From: an uncultured bacterium
GTDB taxonomy: Bacteria; Margulisbacteria; WOR-1; CAVSGV01
DNA length: 64,000 nucleotides
Direction: 5' to 3'
NCBI GenBank assembly: GCA_963768305.1
Contig: CAVYHE010000003.1
Span: 32,001 to 96,000 of the forward strand
Every line of letters begins with the position of its first letter. Within the stretch, counting starts at the first letter, position 1. The translations under genes were made by a program, and so were the position numbers. Below are positions 23,370 to 34,870 of the stretch, in pieces. Below the pieces are notes generated by a model. The model made no database searches, was not told where the DNA came from, and worked only from the letters and a program-made list of their open reading frames with translations.

Positions 23370-24813
23370 ATGTTAAATAAGCGTTTGAGCATATTATTTT
23401 TCAGTTGTCTGGTCTTCCTGTTCTGCTTTGCCGATAGATCAATTGCTGATGTTACATATGATCCAAAACCGACGAGCTTTTACTACCAAAAAATAGACAA
23501 AATGAACAGGCAATATGGGTCCCATTTGACTATTGATGCCTGTATCGATGAAGCAAAGATCTATACCTGGAACCTGGACCGGCCGATGAAAGGGCTGGAC
23601 CTGCTCATGAAAGCTTACAATATGGACCCTACAAATATTAATACAATGTACGAATTGGGATGTTTTTATGCTTTTAAGGTCAATGACGCCGAGAAGGCCG
23701 ACGAACTATTCAGGAAAGTTCTGAAGGTCTCTCCTTTTCATGAGCACGCCTATATTAACCTTGGTTTTAATATGTACTGGAACATGGATGACCATAAAAA
23801 AGGGATTAAGATATTAAGGGACATGATATCGATAGCCCCCTATAATGCGGATGCGCACCATGTGCTGGCGGATTGCCTATATGATCAAAAAGATTATAAC
23901 GGGGCCATTAAAGAATACAAAACAGCGTTAGGTTTGGAGCCTACTAATACGAATTACGTGATCGCGCTGGCCAAGGTCTATGCTTATGGACTTAAAGATC
24001 CCGGGAGGGCCATCGAAATGCTTGACAAGTATCCTCTAAAGCCCGAGTTCGTGCTTGTCTTCAAAGAACTCGGGAACATATATAAATGAAGAAAAACAAT
24101 ATAAAAAAGCGATGGATGAATACGAAACGGTCATGAAGCTTGTTCCGGGCGATGTATATTTTCTCAAAGATATTGGATATGTTTATAGGGATCCCTTCAA
24201 AGAATATGACCTGTCCGAGGAAATGCATAATCGGGCATATATCGCTGCCTGGAAAAAGCTTAAAAGCGACCCTTATAATTCTACTCTGCGGTTCTGTCTT
24301 GCCAATCTGTATACGTATTCTGTCTCTAACAAATTTCATGATTACCCCAAGGCGGTCGAACAATTTAACGAGATCTTAAAGAGGGACGATAAAAATGACG
24401 CAGCTTATTTCTACCTGGCAGACTTGGAATTTCAGTATATTTTAAGATGGGGCTATCCGAGAAGCGAGATCCTGAAAGGATTATCCAGGATGACCTTTTA
24501 CTGCAAAAAAGCGCTGGAACTTAATCCGTACAATTTTAGAGCAGCCCAGGGATTATGCAGGACCTATATTAATTACAATGAAAACAAAAAAGATGCCATC
24601 AAATGGGTAAAGAATGCCCAAAGACGCAGGTGGCATGACTGGGTGTTCATAGAAGCCTACTCTTTCCTTCTTGCGGATGTGATAACAAAGCTCTCGCTGT
24701 TCATTGGATTAGGCTTGCTAATATTTTTCAAGCTTTTTTCGCGATCCGACGATCACATGAGATACATTGTCCTCTTGAACGTTATTTTATGGCTGTCTCA
24801 TTATACTCATTAA
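23370..24813 (+). CDS. signal-peptide TPR protein with C-terminal TM helices (frameshift near 24080)
   Basis: Signal peptide, TPR motifs across ORFs 23370-24089 and 24055-24813, hydrophobic C-terminus. Confidence 0.75.
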
Positions 24814-24896
24814 TTTTTGCCCGTATATGTTCGTGGGTTTTACCAAATTTCTTTATATGTCCCAGTTCAACATTTTCTGAACAGGACTTAAAATAT

Positions 24897-24925
24897 TTGA
24901 AGCACTAATGTGGGTGTGTTAGAAT
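24897..24925 (+). promoter_or_regulatory. sigma70-type promoter of glyQ
   Basis: TTGAAG-17 bp-TAGAAT with extended TG; ATG 8 nt downstream. Confidence 0.55.
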
Positions 24926-24933
24926 CAACCCGC

Positions 24934-25830
24934 ATGTATTTCCAGGACATCATCGCGAAACTTTCGAATTTCTGGTCAAAACAGGGCTGTGTCATCCAGC
25001 AGCCGTATGACATGGAAAAAGGCGCCGGCACAATGAGCCCGCCCACTTTCTTCAGAGTCCTCGGTCCCGAACCGTGGAACGTCGCGTACGTTGACCCGGT
25101 GAGAAGGCCGACGGACGGCAGATACGGAGAGAACCCCAACCGATTATTCCATTATTATCAGTTCCAGGTGATCATGAAACCCTCGCCCTTGAATATCCAG
25201 GATATCTATCTCGACAGCTTACGCGCTTTGAAGATCGATCCGGCAAAATACGATGTCAGGTTCGTGGAGGATAACTGGGAATCGCCGACTCTGGGAGCAT
25301 GGGGGGTAGGGTGGGAAGTGTGGCTTGCCGGGATGGAGATAACGCAATTCACGTATTTCCAGCAGTGCGGCGGGTTTGACGTAAATCCGGTAAGCGTTGA
25401 GATCACATACGGGCTGGAGAGGATCGCCGCATTTTCGCAGAAAGTCGACAGTGTTTACGACGTGGAATGGGCGAAGGGGATCAAATACGGCGATATCCAT
25501 AAAATGTCCGAGATAGAGCACAGCAAATATAATTTCGAGCTCGGCGACACGAAGATCATCAACGGACTTTTCGATCTTTATCAGCAGGAAGCGGTCAATA
25601 TCATAAAAGCCGGGCTTGTGCTTCCCGCGTTCGATTATGTCCTTAAATGCTCGCACGCTTTCAATCTTCTGGATTCGCGCGGCGCGATAAGCGTGACGGA
25701 GAGGACCGCTTATATCGGAAAGATCAGGCGGCTGGCCCGGGATTGCGCGAAATTATACGTCGAGCAGAGAGAAAAGCTCGGATATCCTCTGATAAAAAGT
25801 CATGAGTTAAAAGTTAAGAGTGAAAAGTAA
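24934..25830 (+). CDS. glyQ: glycine-tRNA ligase alpha subunit
   Basis: [38 protein letters not shown]. Confidence 0.97.
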   Translation: MYFQDIIAKLSNFWSKQGCVIQQPYDMEKGAGTMSPPTFFRVLGPEPWNVAYVDPVRRPTDGRYGENPNRLFHYYQFQVIMKPSPLNIQDIYLDSLRALKIDPAKYDVRFVEDNWESPTLGAWGVGWEVWLAGMEITQFTYFQQCGGFDVNPVSVEITYGLERIAAFSQKVDSVYDVEWAKGIKYGDIHKMSEIEHSKYNFELGDTKIINGLFDLYQQEAVNIIKAGLVLPAFDYVLKCSHAFNLLDSRGAISVTERTAYIGKIRRLARDCAKLYVEQREKLGYPLIKSHELKVKSEK

Positions 25831-27982
25831 AATGAAAAATACAAAAAGCAACTCAAAACAAAAAATAAATGCGCTGCTTGAGGTCGGGCTGGAAGAAATC
25901 CCCGCCAGGTTCATGCCGGCTATGATAGATGACCTTAAGCAAAAAGCCGGGAAAGAGCTTCAGTCATCAAGATTGTCATATAGCTCCGTTCAAACTTACG
26001 GCACACCCAGACGATTGATCCTTTATATAGAAGGGCTTCCCGTTAAGCAGGATGATCTGTCGAAAGAAGTAAGAGGCCCGCAAAAGCAGGCCGCTTTTTC
26101 CGGTGACGGCAAACCCACAAAAGCGGCGGAAGGATTCGCGAAAAGCCAGGGCGTATCCGTTATCAGCTCTGAAGGTCCGGAAAATCGGGGACAAGGAATT
26201 CGTTTTCGCTTCCGTGGCCGAAAAAGGCGTTCCGACCGAAGAAATTCTTGAAAGAGCTTTTCCCGAAGCTCATCAGCTCTCTTTACCTGCCGATATCAAT
26301 GAGATGGGGCTCCGAAGAGTTCAGGTTCATTCGCCCGCTCCACTGGATACTGGCGATATGCGGAACAAAGACATTGAATTTCGAAATAGCCGGCATCAAG
26401 TCATCGAATAAGACATTCGGCCATCGATTCCTCGGCTCCGGATCGATAGCTGTCAATGCTTCCAAAGGAATAACTTTCAAAGCTTTCAATAATTCGCTTT
26501 CCAAAGGCAAGGTGATGGCGGACCAGAACGAAAGGAAAGCAAAAATATCGGAGATGGTGAAATCCGCGTCGAAAAAGCTCGGCGGGTCGGGATATGTGGA
26601 TAAGGATATCCTTGATGAGGTTGTTCATCTCGTGGAATGGCCGGCGGTCATTACCGGCGGATTTAAAAAAGGAGTTCTTAAGCCTTCCGAAAGAGGTCCT
26701 TACCGCCGTGATGAAGAAGCACCAGAAATTTTTCCCTGTTCCCGATGCCGCGGGCCGTTTTCTCCCGGTGTTCATAAATATCTCGAACGGCGTGAAGGGC
26801 GCGGACATGAAGAACGTGAAAGAGGGGAATGAAAGGGTTTTGGCCGCGCGGCTGAACGACGCGAAATTTTTCTTTGATGAAGACAGGAAGAAATTCCTGG
26901 AAGACCTGGTCCCAAAACTTTCAAAGGTCGCTTTCTATGACAAATTGGGGACTGTCCTTGAAAAAGTGGAAAGGATAACCGCGTTATCCGATTGGCTGGC
27001 AAAAGAATTGAAGCTAAGCCAGGGCCACAGGGATAACATAAGGCATATCGCCCGCCTCTGCAAAGCGGACCTTCTGACCCAGATGGTTTACGAGCTTCCG
27101 GAGCTTCAGGGCGTCATGGGACGGGAATATGCTTTGCTTGAAGGAAAACCGAAAGAGATCGCCGACGGGATATTCGAGCATTACCTGCCCAGGCATTCGG
27201 AGGATATCCTGCCGGCTTCCATGGAAGGAGCGGTTGTAGCACTTGCCGACAAGATCGATTCCATCGTCGGATGTTTCAGCATAGACCTCATACCGACCGG
27301 TTCGGCTGATCCTTTTGCTTTAAGGAGGCAGGCGCAGGGGCTGGTCAGCATTCTTTTGAATAAAAAGATCAACCTGGACCTGGCCGAACTCATCGAAAAA
27401 GACCATAAATTATATGAGCCGCTGTTCCTTGGCGAGATCTTCGCGTCCGGGAAAGTAAAATATAACGCGGTCCAGAAAGTTATCCCGGATGTCCTGGCAT
27501 TCATTGCCGCCAGGGTATCGGCTAATTTATTGGATAACAAGATCAGGTATGATGTCGCGGAAGCCGTCCTTTCGCATTTCGGGGATGCGCTGGATTCCTG
27601 CGAGAAAGCGACCGTTCTTTCCAGAAGATTGAAAGAGGACTGGTTCAAAGGGATTGTTTTGACCGCTGACAGAATATCGCGGCTGGCTGCGAATGCGACC
27701 AGGGAGAATGTTGTCGAAACTGATCTTACGCAGAACGAGGAAAAGACGCTTCATTTTGTTTATCTGGATGTAAATGCGAGGATAGGGGAGGCGGTGGGGC
27801 GAAGCGACTACGAAACGGCGCTGAAAGAGCTTACCCGCATGACAAAGCCGGTGGATGATTTCTTCATAAAAGTAATGGTCATGGACAAGGATGAGAAAGT
27901 TAAAGCAAACAGACTGGCCCTCCTGAAAACCCTTGAAAGAATGTACCTGGAAATAGCCGATTTTCCCAAGATCGTGATGTAA
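25820..27982 (+). CDS. glyS: glycine-tRNA ligase beta subunit (frameshifts near 26165, 26250, 26670)
   Basis: [53 protein letters not shown]. Confidence 0.95.
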
Positions 27983-28033
27983 ACCCACCCTCACCCATCT
28001 GTTATTTACTGTAATACCGCCAAAAACCGCACC

Positions 28034-28062
28034 TTGTAAAATATCAAGTTTTCCTGTATAAT
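28034..28062 (+). promoter_or_regulatory. sigma70-type promoter of proS
   Basis: TTGTAA-17 bp-TATAAT. Confidence 0.6.
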
Positions 28063-28096
28063 ATCAATATTCCTTGATATTTCTGTCGGGGGTGGT

Positions 28097-29822
28097 TTGG
28101 GAAAAATGAAGATGTCGCGGCTCCTTGCTCCTACTCTCCGCGAAGATCCCACGGAAGCGGAGATAGCCAGCCACAAGCTGATGTTAAGGGCGGGCTTTAT
28201 CAGAAAACTATCTTCAGGCGTCTACTCATATCTTCCTCTCGGTTGGCGCGTTATCCATAAGATCGAACAAATAGTCAGGCAGGAAATGGACAGGGCAGGA
28301 GCCTTGGAAGTGAAATTGCCGGCGATACTTCCCTCCGAACTCTGGAAAGAAACAGGCCGCTGGAATATTTACGGCAAGGAACTTTTCCGCATAACGGACC
28401 GCCACGACAGGGAATTCTGCCTCGGCCCAACCCACGAAGAAGTAATAACCGACCTTGTGCGAAGCAACGTCAAGTCATACCGCGAACTGCCGCTAAATTT
28501 ATACCAGATCCAGACAAAATACCGCGATGAAATTCGCCCCAGGTTCGGCGTGATGAGGTCCCGCGAATTCATCATGAAGGACGCGTACTCATTTGATAAG
28601 GATGAAACCGGGCTCGAGGCCAGCTATAAAATAATGTTCGAAACTTATAATCGGATATTTGATCGATGCGGCCTGAAGTATAAAGTCGTCCATGCCGATC
28701 CCGGACCCATCGGCGGAGGATTTTCACAGGAATACATGGTCATCTCTCCGACAGGAGAGGACGAGATAATGCATTGCGATAAATGCGATTACGCGGCGGC
28801 GCATGAAATGGCGGTAATAAAAAATCCAAAATCCAAAACCCAAAATCCAAAGGAAATCCAAATCCCGAAAATCGAAAAGATCAAAACTCCGGGCGTCAAG
28901 ACGATCGAAGAACTTGAGAAATTCCTGAAAGCGCCGAAAGAAAGAATGATCAAAACTTTGCTTTATAAAGCCGGCGATCAGGTGATTGCCGTGCTGATAA
29001 GAGGCGACCATGCATTGAACGAATCGCGCTTGAAAAAGATACTCGGCAGGGAAGACATAGAAATGGCGGATGCGGCTACGGTTGAAAAGGTCTCCGGCGC
29101 TCCGGTGGGATTCGCGGGGCCTGTCGGACTTAAAGGTATCAAGATATATGCGGACAAGGAAGTCATCGATATAGAAGACGGCATAACCGGTGCTAATGCG
29201 AATGACGCTCACATCATCCACGTCCAATACGGAAGGGATTATAAAGCCGACGAGGTTGAATCTTTGCGATTGGCCAATGAAGGAGATCCTTGTCCTAACT
29301 GCGGCGGAAAACTTGTCACCACAAGGGGCATTGAGGTCGGGCACATATTCAAGCTGGGCATTAAATACAGCGAGAAAATGCAGGCCAAGTATCTTGGCGA
29401 GGACGGCAAGGAAAAGCCTTATATCATGGGCTGTTACGGCATAGGCGTTTCCAGGATAGCAGGAGCGGTCATCGAGCAGAACCACGATCAATTCGGGATC
29501 AAATGGCCGATATCGATCTCTCCTTATCAGGTCGCCGTGGTTCCCGTGAATATCAAGGAAAAAGAGCAAAAAGACGACGGCGGAGAAACTTTACAAAGAA
29601 CTTGCAAAAGCCGGGATGGAGGTCATATTGGACGACCGTGATGCGTCCATAGGAGTCAAATTGAAAGATATCGACCTGATGGGTTTCCTGATCAAGGTCA
29701 TAATCGGCCCGAAATCCCTGGCGGAAAATAAGATCGAAATAAAGCTCAGGTCCGACGGAAAAACCGAGCTTGTGGCTGTTGATAAGGCGGAGGAAAGGAT
29801 CAGATCTTTGTGCCGCCTGTAG
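28097..29822 (+). CDS. proS: proline-tRNA ligase, bacterial type with editing domain (frameshift near 29575)
   Basis: SHKLMLRAG, LGPTHEE, RDEIRPRFG, GIEVGHIFKLG, MGCYGIG. Confidence 0.96.
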
Positions 29823-29832
29823 GGAGTGACCC

Positions 29833-30252
29833 GTGGCCGTAATTACAAATAGCATAAAGATCGCCACTAAAGGTAAGGATGACGTCATCAATGTCACATC
29901 AAAAGTAGGGGACATTGTTTCGCGGTCAAAGATCATAAACGGCATGGTGACTGTTTTTGTTCCGGGGTCCACGGCGTCGGTGACGACAATGGAATTTGAA
30001 CCGGGGCTTATAAAGGATATCAAAGCGATGGGCGAACGCATAGCGCCGTCGAACGAGGAATACGCCCATCATCAGACATGGGATGACGGCAACGGCAGTT
30101 CTCACATAAGGGCTTCGGTAATAGGCCCGTCCCTTATCGTGCCTTTTGTAGGGAGGAAAATGATGCTCGGGCCATGGCAGCAGATAGTCATGATAGACCA
30201 TGACGTCAGGCCCAGGTCCAGGGAAATAATTGTGCAGATGATGGGGGAATAA
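29833..30252 (+). CDS. yjbQ: YjbQ/UPF0047 family protein
   Basis: GSTASVTTME, DGNGSSHIRAS, LGPWQQI, RPRSR. Confidence 0.9.
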   Translation: MAVITNSIKIATKGKDDVINVTSKVGDIVSRSKIINGMVTVFVPGSTASVTTMEFEPGLIKDIKAMGERIAPSNEEYAHHQTWDDGNGSSHIRASVIGPSLIVPFVGRKMMLGPWQQIVMIDHDVRPRSREIIVQMMGE

Positions 30253-30253
30253 A

Positions 30254-31657
30254 ATGCGGGAATTCTGCGGAGTATACGGTATATATTCTTATGAAAGCGA
30301 CAGCCTCGCGAAGTCGGTATATCTACGGCCTTTACGCGCTTCAGCACCGCGGGCAGGAGAGCGCCGGCATAGCGGTTTCGGACGGAAAAGAAATGAGGTT
30401 CCACAGGGGAATGGGCCTTTGCGCCGCCGTTTTCAATGAGGAGATACTTAACGAGCTTAACGGCGGGCATATCGCCAGCGGCCACGTCCGGTATTCCACA
30501 ACGGGGTCAAGCACCATCGAGAATGCCGCTCCGATAATAGTCGATTCCAAATTCGGGCCGATAGCGCTTGAGCCATAACGGCAATCTGGTGAATTCCGCC
30601 GACCTCTCCGTTGAATTGAAAAATTCCGGATATGAATCTCAAGGGGACCACGGACAGCGAAATAATCGCGGTCCTTATCGCTAGATCAGACGAAGATACA
30701 GTTGAGAAAGCGATCATTTCTGTATGCGGAAAGATCCAGGGAGCGTACGCGCTGGTCATAATGACCAGGGACAAGCTCATCGCCGTGCGCGATCCCAACG
30801 GGATAAGGCCGCTGTGCATGGGAAAACTCGGCTCTTCTTATATTTTCTCATCCGAGACAGCCGCGCTGGACGTCCTTGGCGCGGATTTTGTGAGGGATAT
30901 TTCCAACGGCGAAATGGTGGTCGTTGACAAGGATGGCGTAAGGTCCGTCACATACGCGCCGCGGGCGAAAAAAGCTCTTTGCGTTTTTGAATTCATATAT
31001 CTTGCGAGGCCCGACAGCAGGCTGGACGGCAGGACCGTTTATGACGCGCGCACAATAATGGGGAAATATCTGGCGAAAGAGAACAAGGTTGACGCGGATA
31101 TCGTGATCGGCGTCCCGGATTCCGGGGTCGCCGCCGCCATAGGATACGCGCAGGAATCAAAGATCCCGTTCGCGGAAGGATTGATAAAGAACAGGTACAT
31201 CGGCAGGACTTTCATCCAGCCCAGCCAGGCGATAAGGGACCTGGGCGTGAAACTGAAATTGAACCCGATAAGGGATGTCGTGAGAGGAAAAAAACTCATC
31301 GTTATCGACGACTCGATAGTCCGCGGGACGACGAGCAAGCAGATCGTAAAGATTCTCCGCGACGCGGGCGCGCGGGAAGTGCATATGAGGGTAAGCTCTC
31401 CGCCGATATTGTTCCCGTGTTTTTACGGCATCGACACTCCATCCAAGGCCGAGCTGATAGCGGGAACAATGGGGGTCGAGGGCGTGCGAAAATATCTGGA
31501 CGCGGATTCTTTGGCATACCTTTCCATAAAAGACCTGGTGCATGCCATCAGCCTGCCGAAGAACAGCCTTTGCCTTGTCGTGCCTTAACGGCAATTATTG
31601 CGTGAAGATCCCCGAGAAGTCCAGAATGTCGGTTTATTTTTCAAGAAAGGAAGATGA
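30254..31657 (+). CDS. purF: amidophosphoribosyltransferase (multiple frameshifts)
   Basis: MREFCG, LQHRGQESAG, GHVRYSTTG, CVFEFIY, DDSIVRGTT. Confidence 0.95.
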
Positions 31658-31660
31658 GAA

Positions 31661-32681
31661 TTGAAGTCCATCACATACGAACAATCCGGCGTTGACATAG
31701 AAGCCGGATACGAAGTAATAAAACGCGTAAAGAAACTTGCTAAGACCAACCAATATCAAAGGCGTCCTGGGCGAGATAGGGCTTTTCGGCGGATGCTTTG
31801 AGATCGACAAAAAAAATTATAAGGCGCCAGTGCTTGTTTCCGGCACCGACGGCGTGGGGACAAAGGTTAAGATCGCTTTCGACATGAACAAGACACGATA
31901 CCGTCGGCATAGACCTGGTCGCGATGAACGCCGATGACGTGGCGTGCATGGGAGCAAAACCGCTGTTCTTCCTTGATTATATCGCCTGCAACAAGGTTGA
32001 TCCGGACATCATCGAGCAGATATTGAAAGGAATGGCGGAGGGCTGCAGGCAGGCCGGCTGCGCGCTTATCGGCGGGGAAACGGCGGAAATGTCCGACCTG
32101 TATGGAAAAGGCGAGTACGACCTGGCGGGTTTCGCCGTCGGGATCGTTGACAAGAAAAATATCATCAACGGCAGAAGCATCAAGATCGGCGACGCAATCA
32201 TCGGGCTTCCTTCATCCGGGCTTCACAGCAACGGATATACGCTTGCCCGGAAAGTGCTTTTTGGATCGGCCGGATTCAATGTTAACAGCCACGTCAGCGG
32301 ACTGAGCGTCTCCATCGGAGAGGCGCTTCTCGAACCAACGATCATTTACGCCAAGACCATCCTTAAAGTCATCGATAAAATAAAGATAAAAGGCATCGCT
32401 CATATCACGGGCGGAGGGCTGCCGGAAAATGTCGGCAGGATACTGCCGAAAGGGGACAAAAGCGGTCATCGACAGTTCAGCGTGGAAAGCGCCGAAGATA
32501 TTCAATGTCATAAAAGAGCACGGCAATATCGCCGACAACGAGATGTTCAAGGCGTTCAATATGGGGATCGGCATGGTCCTGGTCGCCGACAGGAAAGATG
32601 CGGACGGCCGCGACAAAGCTGTCAAAGGGCATTATTATCGGAGAGATAAAAAAAGGTTCCGGCGAGGTGGAGATACACTGA
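31661..32681 (+). CDS. purM: phosphoribosylaminoimidazole synthetase (multiple frameshifts)
   Basis: [44 protein letters not shown]. Confidence 0.94.
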
Positions 32682-33283
32682 TGTTGAAAATAGGCGTTCT
32701 TGTTTCGGGAAGAGGATCCAACCTTCAGGCGATCATCGACGCCGTCTCTGCAAAAAGGATCAAGGCCGAGATCGCCGTTGTCATAAGCAATGTTCCGGGC
32801 GTCGCGGCGCTGGACAGGGCGAAGAAACACGGGATCAAAGCGGTCGTTATCGATCATACGGAGCACAGCGATAAGTCCTCATATGAAAAACAGGTTATCG
32901 AAACGCTTGAAGGGGCAGGGGTTGGGCTGGTATGCCTAGCTGGTTATATGAAACTTTTGTCGCCTGAGTTCGTCAGGCATTTCCGGGGCCACATCATGAA
33001 CATACATCCCGCTCTTTTGCCGGCATTTCCCGGGCTTCACGTCCAGAGGGCTGCGCTTCAATATGGAGTGAAATTTTCCGGATGCACCGTGCATTTCGTC
33101 GATGAGGGCTGCGATACCGGGCCTATCATCATTCAGGCGGTTGTGCCCGTGCTGGATGATGACACGGAGGAAACACTGTCGGCAAGGATACTGGAGCAGG
33201 AGCACAGGATATATCCGGAGGCAGTGCGTCTTTTTGCCGAAGGAAAATTAAAGATCGAAGGGCGAAGGGTAAAGATAATCTGA
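32681..33283 (+). CDS. purN: phosphoribosylglycinamide formyltransferase
   Basis: SGRGSNLQA, LAGYM, NIHPALLP, GCTVHFV, DTGPII. Confidence 0.96.
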   Translation: MLKIGVLVSGRGSNLQAIIDAVSAKRIKAEIAVVISNVPGVAALDRAKKHGIKAVVIDHTEHSDKSSYEKQVIETLEGAGVGLVCLAGYMKLLSPEFVRHFRGHIMNIHPALLPAFPGLHVQRAALQYGVKFSGCTVHFVDEGCDTGPIIIQAVVPVLDDDTEETLSARILEQEHRIYPEAVRLFAEGKLKIEGRRVKII

Positions 33284-33302
33284 TATCAGAAAGGCGGCTA
33301 AC

Positions 33303-34860
33303 ATGAAAAATAAAAAACTGGCTTTGATATCCGTTTCCGACAAGACCGGCTTGATACCGTTCGCGAAAGGGTTGAAAAGTCTCAAATATGACATCGTGTC
33401 CACAGGAGGGACAGCTGAACATTTAAGGCAGGGGAAAATAAAGGTCATAGAGGTCCCGGAGCTGACGGGATATCCGAAAATGCTGGACGGAAGGGTAAAA
33501 AGCCTGCATCCGGCCATTTTCGGGGGCATTCTCGCGGACCGCAGCAAAAAAAATCACTTAAAGGACCTGAAGACCTATAATATCCGCCTGATAGACATTG
33601 TCGTCTGCAACCTTTATCCGTTCGAGCAGGTCATATCAAAGCCGAAATTCGCGCACGAGGAAGCCATAGAGAACATCGATATCGGCGGGCCGAGCATGGT
33701 GCGGGCGGCCGCAAAAAATTATAAGGACGTCGCGATTATCGTGGATCCCGCGGATTACGAACCGGTATTGAAAGAACTTAAGAAAAAAGGCAAGCTTTCA
33801 ATCCAGACGAAAGAAACGCTCGCAGGAAAGGCTTTTTCCCATACAAAAAGATATGATTCGCGCATCTCGCTTTATTTCGCGGGACGGCAGAAACATGAAT
33901 CATCCGCATGCCTGACCAATGACATGGATATTTTCCTGGAGAAGATCCAGGACCTGCGATACGGGGAGAACCCCCATCAGAAAGCGGCATTTTACAGGGA
34001 GTTGGGCAAGCCGGGCGATACCACGAACATGAAACAGATCCACGGCAAGGAGCTTTCGTTCAATAATATCTATGACATCGATTCAGCATGGGCTATAGTG
34101 AAGTATTTCGCCCTGCCGACGGTCGCCATCGATAAAACATACGAATCCGTGCGGCGTGGGTCAGGCCGATAAAATATCACACGCTTTCAGGAAGGCGTTC
34201 GCATCGGACACAGTTTCGGCGTACGGCAGCATTATCGCTGCGAACAGGGTGGTTGACGAGGAAATGGTCAAGGCGATGGGAGGGCTTTTCGTGGAAGCTA
34301 TAGCCGCTCCGTCGTTCGAAAAAAAAGCCCTTAAACTGCTGAAAAAAAGAGAGAACATACGCCTCCTGGAAATGGGCAATGAGGCGCTCTCGAGCAAATG
34401 GAGAGGGTGTGATTTCAAGAGAGTGAAGGGCGGCTTCCTTGTGCAGGAGCCGGACCTTCTGGAGCTGAGCATTGCCGACATAAAGGTGGTATCAAAGAAA
34501 CAGCCCACAGTGGCTGAGCTTGAGGACCTTTTCTTTGCGTGGGGTGTCGTGAAATTCGTCAAGTCGAACGCCATAGTCGTAGCCAAAGGCAAGCAGACGC
34601 TTGGCGTGGGGGCAGGGCAGATGAGCAGGGTGGATTCCGTGAATATCGCGATAGAAAAAGCCGGGACATTGTCGAAGAATGCGGTCCTTGCATCGGACGC
34701 GTTCTTCCCGTTCAGGGATTCAATAGATCTGGCCGCCAAGGCCGGCATATCGGCCGTTATCGAGACCGGCGGCTCCATAAGGGACCCGGAAGTCATTGCC
34801 GCGGCGAACGAACACAATATCGCGCTTGTATTTACCGGGAGAAGGCATTTCAAGCATTAA
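33303..34860 (+). CDS. purH: bifunctional AICAR transformylase/IMP cyclohydrolase (frameshift near 34130)
   Basis: ALISVSDKTG, GRVKSLHP, IDIGGP, LRYGENPHQ, ASDAFFPF, RHFKH. Confidence 0.96.
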
Positions 34861-34870
34861 AAGATAAGAG

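Noticed and set aside
24813..28096. T-box leaders before glyQ or proS
   Set aside because: Promoter-to-start distances are too short and no T-box motif is seen.
32429..33283. PurM-PurN fusion in the ORF track
   Set aside because: Produced by indels in the purM 3' end; purN has its own ATG at 32681.
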